DNA of 33,085 nucleotides from Bacteroidales bacterium (GTDB lineage Bacteria > Bacteroidota > Bacteroidia > Bacteroidales > CG2-30-32-10), in NCBI GenBank assembly GCA_041658145.1, contig JBBAAT010000001.1:1-33085 (forward strand), given 5' to 3'. Positions 1 to 7,552 of the stretch are shown one piece after another (position 1 is the first letter of the stretch; every line of letters starts with the position of its first letter). The translations under genes were made by a program, and so were the position numbers. The notes beneath the pieces are model-generated. The model saw nothing but the letters and a program-made list of their open reading frames with translations. It was not told the DNA's origin and did not search any database.

Positions 1-52
1 AATTTTAGTTGTTCGCTCATAATGTCGAAGTTTTGAGCAAACTTCTTAATTT

Positions 53-87
53 AGAGTGTTAGCTTATATAGGTTAACACTCTTTTTC
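53..87 (+). terminator. candidate rho-independent terminator hairpin
   Basis: Perfect 9-bp stem agagtgtta (53-61) / taacactct (74-82) with a 12-nt loop, running into a T-run at 82-86. The gene it would terminate lies outside the window. Confidence 0.3.
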
Positions 88-255
88 TCAACATTCGTTT
101 GTTTATATCCATGCAACAAAGTCATTACGAATTATGAATTTTTTTTACTTCGCTGTTCTGAATTCGTTTGTTCGATTATTCGCTTGTTTTTTTTCTAAAT
201 TTATGAATAATAAAGGCTAATTTATCAAGAAATTATTTACAAAAACATAATACAA

Positions 256-1926
256 ATGAGAAAAACAATTTATTTATTTTTTATTGGATTTTTATTTTCA
301 GTTCCGGCAATTTCGCAAGATAAATTACCAGACATCCTGAAAGAAGAGCTCAACAGAAATATGGATACCTTAAAAAAAGAAAAGACAGCGCCCTATTATC
401 TGTCATATCGTGTAAATGATGTGAGAACCTATAGCATAGAAACATCATTTGGACAAATTATTAAATCCGGCTGGTCGCATAATCGCCGATTGTGTGCACA
501 AGTTAGAGTAGGTAATGATACCATTGACAATACCCATCCAATAAAAGGAGAAGATTACGGTTGGTTTGACTGGGATAGCGGGATTGATCTTCCCATTGAA
601 AATGTATCAGAAGGAATTAAACAGGTTTTATGGAAAGAAACAGATAAACAATATCGCAAATCTGCCGATTTATATGCAAAGGTTTTAGCTAATATTGCTG
701 TGAAAGTAGAAGACGAAGATAAATCTGCTGATTTTAGTAAAGAAAAGCCGGTGGTTTATAACGAAGCCCCGCTAAATGAAGCAAATCTTGCTTTTGATAT
801 CAAATTATGGGAAGAAAAACTTAAAAACTATTCAGCAATATTTCTTCAAAATAAAGATGTAATTGAAGGTACAGCTAATTTCACTTATATTATTGGAAGA
901 AAATATTTTGTCTCGGACGATGGTAGCAATATTACAGAAAACAGAGTTACCTGCAGGGTAATGGTAAATGGCAAAACTCAGGCTGAGGACGGAATGGATC
1001 TGCCTTTATATAACAGTTACTTCGGTTTATATCCAGGCGATTTGCCATCGAATGAAGTTATTGTGAATGAGACCAAAAAATTAAGTGAAACTCTGACTAA
1101 ATTAAGATCAGCTCCGGTTGTTGATTCATATACGGGACCGGCTTTATTATCTGGTAAGTCTGCAGGGGTTTTCTTTCATGAAATTTTTGGACATCGTATC
1201 GAAGGACAACGAATGAAAGACGAGAGCGATGCTCAAACATTTAAGAAAAAAGTTGGCGAAAAAGTATTAAATGAAAATTTGTCAATAATTTTTGATCCAA
1301 CAATTTCTAAATTTAAAAATTTCTTTTTAAACGGAGCATATAAATATGATGATCAGGGTCAATTAGGTAAAAAATTGACCATAGTTGAAAACGGCATTTT
1401 GAAAAACTTTTTAATGTCAAGAACTCCAATTGAAGGTTTTAGTAATTCGAATGGTCATGGAAGAGCACAGGCGGGTATGCAAGCTGTGAGTCGTCAATCG
1501 AATATGATTGTTGAATCGAATAAACCATTAACAACAGAACAATTGAAACAAGCCCTGATTGATGAAGCTAAAAAGCAAGGGAAAGAATATGGATACTTAT
1601 TTGTTAATACGGTTGGAGGCTTTACAACTACCGGCAGATATATGCCTAATGCATTTAATGTAACCCCTACCGAAGTATATAGAATATATACCGATGGCAG
1701 ACCTGATGAATTGGTCCGTGGAGTTAATTTGGTTGGAACACCTTTATCTATTTTTTCAAATATTGAAGCTGCAGGCGATGATTATGGCCTTTTTACCGGA
1801 ACTTGTGGAGCGGAATCGGGTTCAGTTCCGGTATCTTCTGTTTGCCCAACACTATTTGTGAAACAAATAGAAACTCAACGCAAAGTAAAAAATCAGACTA
1901 AATTACCAATTTTACCAAGACCTTAA
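256..1926 (+). CDS. TldD-type metallopeptidase (TldD/PmbA family), with signal peptide
   Basis: 556-aa ORF with a hydrophobic signal-like N-terminus (IYLFFIGFLFSVPAISQ). HExxxH zinc motif in FFHEIFGHRIEG. Family C-terminal motifs ENGILKNFL and SNGHGRA. Confidence 0.85.
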   Translation: MRKTIYLFFIGFLFSVPAISQDKLPDILKEELNRNMDTLKKEKTAPYYLSYRVNDVRTYSIETSFGQIIKSGWSHNRRLCAQVRVGNDTIDNTHPIKGEDYGWFDWDSGIDLPIENVSEGIKQVLWKETDKQYRKSADLYAKVLANIAVKVEDEDKSADFSKEKPVVYNEAPLNEANLAFDIKLWEEKLKNYSAIFLQNKDVIEGTANFTYIIGRKYFVSDDGSNITENRVTCRVMVNGKTQAEDGMDLPLYNSYFGLYPGDLPSNEVIVNETKKLSETLTKLRSAPVVDSYTGPALLSGKSAGVFFHEIFGHRIEGQRMKDESDAQTFKKKVGEKVLNENLSIIFDPTISKFKNFFLNGAYKYDDQGQLGKKLTIVENGILKNFLMSRTPIEGFSNSNGHGRAQAGMQAVSRQSNMIVESNKPLTTEQLKQALIDEAKKQGKEYGYLFVNTVGGFTTTGRYMPNAFNVTPTEVYRIYTDGRPDELVRGVNLVGTPLSIFSNIEAAGDDYGLFTGTCGAESGSVPVSSVCPTLFVKQIETQRKVKNQTKLPILPRP

Positions 1927-1952
1927 TAATAACCGCAAAAAAAGAAAATTAT

Positions 1953-3773
1953 ATGAACAAGATAAAAACATATTTAATAGTTGTAATATTAATATTTACA
2001 GCAAAATTAAGCATGGCACAAATCAATCCATTTATGGATGCCATGAAACAAGAAATACAAAGAGGGATGGACAGCTTAAAAATTGAAAAAATGCTTTCTC
2101 CTGAATTTATAAGCTACAGCATATCCGATGCAAAAGCATTACAAATAGAGGCAATTTTGGGAGCCATTGTTAAATCAGAAGAACGTCCAATCAGGGTATT
2201 TGAAAGCCGTGTATTTGTCGGCGAAAATGGAATAACCAACGAAAATTATCTCGATGAAAATAATATGTGGTCGTGGAGTCGCTTAAGTAACAAAATTCCC
2301 TTTTCAAATAATAAAAACGATATCCGCAGAGCATTATGGCTTCTTACAGATAATAATTACAAAGATGCAATAACAAACTATGAAGCTAAAATTTCCGCAT
2401 TGAGCCAACAAAGTCTTACAGAAGAAGAAAAACAATTACCTGATTTTTGCACAGTAACAAAATCAGAAACGCTTGTACCTTATCAAAGTTTTCAGCTTAA
2501 TAAATCTCAAATGGAAAGTCTTGCCCGAAATCTTTCTGCGATTTTTAAAAAATATCCTCTTATCCAAACTTCTGATGTAAATATTTTTGCTTACGACGGA
2601 CAAGTATTTTTTGCTAATAGCGAAGGTACTTCAGTCCAATATCCTTTACAAATTACTTCAATTAAAGTGGTTGCAACAACTCAGGCGCTAAGTGGCGAGG
2701 TTTTAAATGACCATGTATTGTGGTTTACTAAAAATATTTCACAATTACCCGATGAAAAAACAATGCTTGCCGAAGTTGAAAAGATGGCAAAGAATTTATC
2801 GGAATTAACTCAAAAAAATGCAGTAAGCGAGCCATATAGCGGACCTATATTATTCGAAGGTCAGGCAGCCGCAGAAGTTTTTGTGCAAAAGTTTTTTACT
2901 AATATTAACGGTTTAATTACTGTAAGGAAACCAGTTTTAGGAAGTGAACAAATTATAAATTTTGCCCCCGACAAGGTTAAAGAAAACACGCTTGAAGCAA
3001 TGATCAATAAAAAAGTCATTTCCAGAGATATTAGTATTGAAGCTCTTCCAACACTTACTGCTTTTCAAAACACAACACTAATTGGCAGTTTTATTACAGA
3101 TGCTGAAGGAGTTAAAGCTCCGGATACATTAGTTTTGGTTGAAAATGGTGTGCTTAAAAATTTACTCTGCACGAGAACGCCTAGCTTAAAAATGAAACAA
3201 ACCAATGGGCACGCCCGTGCCGCATTAAGCAACGGAGGAATAAAAACAGTTACCGGACCAGGTGTTATTAAAATGGTCAATAACAACCCTGCAACTTCTG
3301 TTGACAAGAAAAAACTAAAAGAAATGCTTTTAGCGGCAGCTAAAGAAGAAGATCTGGAATATGCCTATATTATAAGAAAAGTTGTTTCTGATGCTGCAGG
3401 CATTGAAAAAGAAAACAGCTATTATGGTGAATCTAAACCCAAAATCGATCTTACAAAAACAATACAAGTTTATCGGGTTAAAGTATCTGATGGAAGTGAA
3501 GAGTTAGTGAGTTTTGCGGAAGTTCAAGGGCTGAGTACAAAATCATTTAAACGCTTGCTGGCAACCTCGTCGGAAATGCAAGTTTATAATACAATGATAA
3601 AGCCTATAAATATTGATCTTAACAATTGGGAATATAAATTAACAGGCACTTCAGCTAGTTTTATTTTGCCCGAAGGTCTTTTATTTCAGGAATTAGATAT
3701 TGTAAAAGAAAAGCAAGGTGTTGTTAAGAATATCCCAGTTGTTAGCAATCCGCTTAATAATGTGAAACAATAA
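1953..3773 (+). CDS. PmbA/TldE-type partner protein (TldD/PmbA family, no HExxxH), with signal peptide
   Basis: 606-aa ORF starting 26 nt after the TldD-like stop, with a signal-like N-terminus (LIVVILIFTAKLSMAQ). It mirrors its neighbour's motifs (ENGVLKNLL, TNGHARA) but has no HExxxH anywhere, as expected for the non-catalytic partner. Confidence 0.8.
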   Translation: MNKIKTYLIVVILIFTAKLSMAQINPFMDAMKQEIQRGMDSLKIEKMLSPEFISYSISDAKALQIEAILGAIVKSEERPIRVFESRVFVGENGITNENYLDENNMWSWSRLSNKIPFSNNKNDIRRALWLLTDNNYKDAITNYEAKISALSQQSLTEEEKQLPDFCTVTKSETLVPYQSFQLNKSQMESLARNLSAIFKKYPLIQTSDVNIFAYDGQVFFANSEGTSVQYPLQITSIKVVATTQALSGEVLNDHVLWFTKNISQLPDEKTMLAEVEKMAKNLSELTQKNAVSEPYSGPILFEGQAAAEVFVQKFFTNINGLITVRKPVLGSEQIINFAPDKVKENTLEAMINKKVISRDISIEALPTLTAFQNTTLIGSFITDAEGVKAPDTLVLVENGVLKNLLCTRTPSLKMKQTNGHARAALSNGGIKTVTGPGVIKMVNNNPATSVDKKKLKEMLLAAAKEEDLEYAYIIRKVVSDAAGIEKENSYYGESKPKIDLTKTIQVYRVKVSDGSEELVSFAEVQGLSTKSFKRLLATSSEMQVYNTMIKPINIDLNNWEYKLTGTSASFILPEGLLFQELDIVKEKQGVVKNIPVVSNPLNNVKQ

Positions 3774-3793
3774 ATTACTCAAGTCTTGTCCTA

Positions 3794-3971
3794 AAATAAA
3801 TTCAAAAAATATAAATCACGAATCAAAATGACTGAAGATTTTTTCCAGGGATATAAAGGAACAGCGCTTGAGATGCTGAAAAAATTCAATGTCCGCGTGT
3901 GGGGGCAGGCAGTGATAGATACAAAACGCGGAACATTCAAAGGAACCATATTGCCTCGTTCCGAAAACGAC
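3794..3971 (+). repeat. direct repeat copy 1: duplicated upstream region plus first 144 nt of the gatD-like gene
   Basis: Aligns base for base with 5955-6132 (offset 2161 bp). The 144 coding nt carry 4 substitutions. The ~34 nt upstream of the ATG are more diverged. Confidence 0.95.
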
Positions 3972-3989
3972 ATAGCGGACAGACGCTAA
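3828..3989 (+). pseudogene. truncated 5' fragment of the gatD-like gene (48 native codons, then IADRR and stop)
   Basis: The ATG at 3828 reads MTEDFFQGYKGTALEMLKKFNVRVWGQAVIDTKRGTFKGTILPRSEND, identical in protein to residues 1-48 of the ORF at 5989. Homology ends at 3971/3972 and a TAA stop follows at 3987-3989. It is below the 60-aa cutoff of the ORF track. Confidence 0.85.
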
Positions 3990-4127
3990 TAGATTTTAAT
4001 TTTGACACTTCCTGACAATCATTCGTGACTAACAAAAAAATAAAATAGTGGAGTTCAGTGACCACTGAAAAAAACGGGGCGAAACCGAAAAGCCAAACGA
4101 GTAGGGGAAAAATAAAATTTCAGAATC

Positions 4128-4763
4128 ATGTACAAAACTATCTTGTTATTTGCTCTGCTTATTCTTGGCAGTTTTTCTATTTCGCTTCCTGACGAAAAAG
4201 AGGACAAGGTTATTAAAATTGCACTGGATAATCTATCTATTTCTCTTGCAAAAATTCCTGTCGGACAGGAAAATTATTATGGTTTCTCCAACCGTGAAGA
4301 ATTTAAGACAAGCAGCGTTGGAAAACCTTACCGTGTTATAACATTTACCAACGATTTTTACAATGAAGACAAACTCATTGATAAAAATTATATTCTGATA
4401 CAGAATGAATGGCGGGTACCGGTCACAGTCAATGGCGAAAACCGACTACTACTTACTGTAAGCCAACAAGACACAACATTAGAAGTTGTTGATTTAGGAG
4501 GAGCAGTTCTGGCAAAAGAACTCCAGAAAAAAGATGATAATGTGTCATCAGGTAGCCGTTATCTTTTACGCATTTACCCATTGGCACTTGATTTTTTTGT
4601 GAAAGTTACTCCGGGCAGTTCTCTTGCAGATGCAACTTATATTCCTTTAACATCTGCTACAATTGCAATAAATTCATTAAATGAGAAAAGAATATCTAAA
4701 CTTACTCTGCCCGAAGTTCTTCATATAGTAAAGCAACTATTAAAGCAACAATCTAAAAACTAA
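4128..4763 (+). CDS. hypothetical secreted protein (no recognisable family)
   Basis: 211-aa ORF with a signal-like N-terminus (ILLFALLILGSFSIS). Its stop lies 6 nt before the start of the downstream peptidase gene on the same strand. Confidence 0.7.
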   Translation: MYKTILLFALLILGSFSISLPDEKEDKVIKIALDNLSISLAKIPVGQENYYGFSNREEFKTSSVGKPYRVITFTNDFYNEDKLIDKNYILIQNEWRVPVTVNGENRLLLTVSQQDTTLEVVDLGGAVLAKELQKKDDNVSSGSRYLLRIYPLALDFFVKVTPGSSLADATYIPLTSATIAINSLNEKRISKLTLPEVLHIVKQLLKQQSKN

Positions 4764-4769
4764 TATGCA

Positions 4770-5609
4770 ATGAAAAAATTTCTGATTATTTCGATTTTTT
4801 TTATTCTGCTTGTTACTGGCTATATTAAAGCACAGGTGCTTAATGTGCCGCAAGTTATTCAGGAACAAAGTGAATGGTGCTGGGCAGGCGTTACTAAATG
4901 TGTTCTTGATTATTACGGATATCCAAACCAGCAATGCACAATAGCCGAATATGCAAGAACAGTTATAACATGGACCAGCTACGGTTCAGTGAATTGTTGT
5001 GTGGATCCAAATCAAGGATGCAATTATTGGAATTATAATTATGGTTACACAGGAAGTATTCAGGATATTCTTGTTCATTTCGGTAACATTCAAAATTATG
5101 GCATAGGTAATACTCTTACTTTAAACCAAATCAATACTGAAATTGCAGGCGGTCGTCCTTTTATAGTGCGGTGGCAATGGACAAGTGGTGGTGGTCATTT
5201 TGTGGTTGGACATGGGGTAGGCGGTAGCAATGTATATTATATGAATCCGTGGTTTGGTGAAGGGCTGCATATAAGCACTTATAGTTGGTTGGTTAATGAT
5301 GGTAATCACACCTGGACACATACCAATGTTTTGACAACCTCCCCAACTGGGCTTAATGATCTTTTACTTCAAGCGGACATCGTAGAGATTTATCCCAATC
5401 CAACGGGCGGAAAATTTACAATTAATAGTAATAGCAACATAACCTCTATAGAAATTAACAATGTACTTGGAGAAAAAGTTTATTCTAATTCAAAATTCAA
5501 TAAACAAACATCAAACGAGATTGACCTTTCTAACTCTTCCAAAGGAATCTATTTTGTAAAAATTTATGACGGAGAGAAAATTTATAATGAAAAAATTGTG
5601 ATACAGTAA
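4770..5609 (+). CDS. papain-like cysteine peptidase (C39-like/C70 AvrRpt2-like fold) with T9SS C-terminal sorting domain
   Basis: 279-aa ORF with a signal peptide. Gln/Cys motif QEQSEWCWAG and a downstream His in GGGHFVVGHG, with spacing typical of papain-fold C39-like/C70 peptidases. The C-terminus (IYPNPTGGKFTI ... GIYFVKIYDGEKIYNEKIVIQ) matches the T9SS type A sorting-domain pattern. Confidence 0.8.
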   Translation: MKKFLIISIFFILLVTGYIKAQVLNVPQVIQEQSEWCWAGVTKCVLDYYGYPNQQCTIAEYARTVITWTSYGSVNCCVDPNQGCNYWNYNYGYTGSIQDILVHFGNIQNYGIGNTLTLNQINTEIAGGRPFIVRWQWTSGGGHFVVGHGVGGSNVYYMNPWFGEGLHISTYSWLVNDGNHTWTHTNVLTTSPTGLNDLLLQADIVEIYPNPTGGKFTINSNSNITSIEINNVLGEKVYSNSKFNKQTSNEIDLSNSSKGIYFVKIYDGEKIYNEKIVIQ

Positions 5610-5639
5610 TGACATTTTATGGATGACAGAAAACTAAAC

Positions 5640-5700
5640 CAGCCCATAACAGGCGTTTGCTTTCAATGGCGGTCCGCCGCGGTGAAAGTGGCTCATAGGA
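5640..5700 (+). repeat. intergenic repeat family 'aacaggcgtttgc', copy 1
   Basis: ataacaggcgtttgctttcaatggcg...gtggctcatagga parallels 14460-14510. It also matches 30836-30870 in reverse orientation. Confidence 0.7.
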
Positions 5701-5758
5701 CAGAGAAGAAAAGAAAGAAAATATCAGAACTTATTTAACCCGAATTATGCACAAATCA

Positions 5759-5875
5759 GGGCTAAAGCCCATACAACAAGTATCTTCAATAACCCCGACC
5801 TTAGCTTCGGCTACGCTCAGCTACCAAAGGTCGGGGTTATGCAAATGGCCTATTAATAAGGGACTTTAGTCCCCA
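5759..5875. repeat. cluster of intergenic hairpin modules
   Basis: Palindrome gggctaaagccc (5759-5770). Perfect 14-bp stem ataaccccgacctt (5789-5802) / aaggtcggggttat (5827-5840). Palindrome gggactttagtcccc (5861-5875). Confidence 0.7.
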
Positions 5876-5954
5876 AATAAAGTTTATAAACCAAGCAAAG
5901 CGACCTCATAAGCACCTTTGAAAATAGAAAATAAGCGAATAATTAACCAAGTTA

Positions 5955-6132
5955 AAGTAAATTCGAAAAATATAAATCACATACAAAAATGACTGAAGAT
6001 TTTTTCCAGGGATATAAAGGAACAGCGTTAGAGATGCTGAAAAAATTCAATGTCCGCGTGTGGGGGCAGGCCGTGATAGATACAAAACGTGGAACATTCA
6101 AAGGAACCATATTGCCTCGTTCCGAAAACGAC
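5955..6132 (+). repeat. direct repeat copy 2 (heads the intact gatD-like gene)
   Basis: See 3794-3971. This copy continues in frame into the full 461-aa ORF. Confidence 0.95.
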
Positions 6133-7374
6133 GACGACAAACATATCGTGCTGAAAATTTCAACAGGATACAATATCGGCCTCGACACGGAAACCATTAC
6201 CGGCATGGAGGAAACCGGTTATAAAAAAGCTAATTACAAGATTCCCGAAAAAGAATTTCCTTTCACACAGGGATTACCTAAAGTTAAACTGATTGGAACA
6301 GGCGGCACTATTGCATCGCGCCTTGATTACCGCACCGGAGCAGTAATTCCTGCATTCAGCCCGGGCGAACTTTATGGCGCTGTACCTGAACTTGCTGATA
6401 TTTGTAATCTTACCACCGAGAAAGTATTTGCAGTTTTCAGCGAAAATATGGGGCCTGAGCAATATAAAAAATTAGCTATTGCAATTGGAAAAGAAATTGA
6501 AAATGGTATTGACGGAATTATCATTGGCCATGGAACGGATACTCTGCATTATACAGCAGCAGCGCTTACATTCATGGTGCAAAATCCGCCAATCCCTATT
6601 ATTCTTGTCGGCTCGCAGCGTTCATCTGATCGTCCTTCTTCCGATGCCGCATTAAACCTGATGCACGCCGCTACAGCGGCTGGACACGGAGATATTGCAG
6701 AAGTGATGGTTTGTATGTTTGGTCCGACTTCCGATTCTTATGGATTTTTGCACAGAGGAACCAGGGTTAGGAAAATGCACTCCTCATACCGCTCCACATT
6801 CCGCACTATTGGCGATACACCTGTTGCAACGGTTACACGAAAAGGCGTTACTCCTATTAAACAAATTTACAGTCATCGCCGCAAGGACAGGAATGTTACG
6901 ATATTGCCTTACTTCGAAGAAAAAGTAGGAATGATATATTATTACACCAATATGAATCCCGACATGATAGACTCCATGGTGGACAATGGTTACAAAGGGA
7001 TCATCATCATAGGAACCGGATTGGGTCATGTAAACAAACCGCTATATCCCGCAATTGAAAGAGCTACAAAGAAAGGTGTCGCCGTTTATATGACAGTTCA
7101 AACCTTATGGGGCTATGTGCACATGTTTGTATATGACACAGGCCGCGATCTGATGGCAAAAGGAGTTATTCCTATGGAGAATATGATTCCTGAAACAGCC
7201 TATATAAAATTAGGTTGGGCATTAGGACAGACAAGTGATCTGGAAAAAGTAAAAGAATTAATGATGACTCCTATCAATAGCGAAACAACTCCCCGCGAAC
7301 CATATAATGGTTACCTGATTTACCAGGGTGGTGTTCCGGAAGTGGAAGAGTTTATAAGGAAGTTCAGGAAATAA
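5989..7374 (+). CDS. type I L-asparaginase family protein, GatD-like (homolog of Glu-tRNA(Gln) amidotransferase subunit D)
   Basis: 461-aa ORF. Asparaginase motifs GTGGTIASRLDYRTGAV, HGTDTLHYTAAAL and VGSQRSSDRPSSDAALNL. An extra ~90-aa N-terminal domain (VLKISTGYNIGLD) resembles the GatD N-domain rather than AnsA. Confidence 0.85.
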   Translation: MTEDFFQGYKGTALEMLKKFNVRVWGQAVIDTKRGTFKGTILPRSENDDDKHIVLKISTGYNIGLDTETITGMEETGYKKANYKIPEKEFPFTQGLPKVKLIGTGGTIASRLDYRTGAVIPAFSPGELYGAVPELADICNLTTEKVFAVFSENMGPEQYKKLAIAIGKEIENGIDGIIIGHGTDTLHYTAAALTFMVQNPPIPIILVGSQRSSDRPSSDAALNLMHAATAAGHGDIAEVMVCMFGPTSDSYGFLHRGTRVRKMHSSYRSTFRTIGDTPVATVTRKGVTPIKQIYSHRRKDRNVTILPYFEEKVGMIYYYTNMNPDMIDSMVDNGYKGIIIIGTGLGHVNKPLYPAIERATKKGVAVYMTVQTLWGYVHMFVYDTGRDLMAKGVIPMENMIPETAYIKLGWALGQTSDLEKVKELMMTPINSETTPREPYNGYLIYQGGVPEVEEFIRKFRK

Positions 7375-7384
7375 TAATTTCGTC

Positions 7385-7514
7385 TAGTGTTAAGTTAATA
7401 AACAGATGACGCAAAGATTGCTTCGTCGTACCTCCTCGCAATGACGTCATTGCGAAGCCGACGCAGGAGGCTGAAGCAATCTTAATGTGAGAATTTAGGT
7501 TTAACATAACACTA
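7385..7514. repeat. palindromic REP/MITE-like element, family 'cgcaatgacg-tcattgcgaag', copy 1
   Basis: Outer arms tagtgttaagttaa / ttaacataacacta. Long inner palindrome aagattgcttcgtcgtacctcctcgcaatgacg|tcattgcgaagccgacgcaggaggctgaagcaatctt centred at 7445/7446. Confidence 0.85.
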
Positions 7515-7529
7515 TAATTCATTTTTCCA

Positions 7530-7537
7530 TATATTTG
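7530..7537 (+). promoter_or_regulatory. candidate Bacteroidetes-type -7 box (TAnnTTTG)
   Basis: tatatttg lies 16 nt upstream of the ATG at 7553. It overlaps the TTG used as the start in the ORF track, which argues for the downstream ATG. Confidence 0.4.
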
Positions 7538-7552
7538 TATAAAACAAATAAC

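Noticed and set aside
1-20. Possible minus-strand gene start (the ATG at 20-18 reads MSEQLK... out of the window)
   Set aside because: Only 20 nt are visible, which cannot be distinguished from chance.
3791-3973. Pair of similar minus-strand ORFs, 3791-3973 and 5952-6206
   Set aside because: They are antisense to the duplicated gatD-like 5' end. Their similarity is a by-product of the DNA duplication, and the sense frame carries the recognisable GatD sequence.
3774-5988. Cassette as a complete integrative element or transposon
   Set aside because: There is no integrase, transposase or terminal inverted repeats at the cassette ends. Only the flanking 178-bp direct duplication is seen, so it is reported as an insertion or recombination scar rather than an autonomous element.
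7535-7552. TTG start at 7535 for the EEP gene (ORF track)
   Set aside because: The TTG lies inside a candidate TAnnTTTG -7 box (7530-7537). The ATG at 7553 gives a canonical signal peptide (MKRILPFACFILL...).
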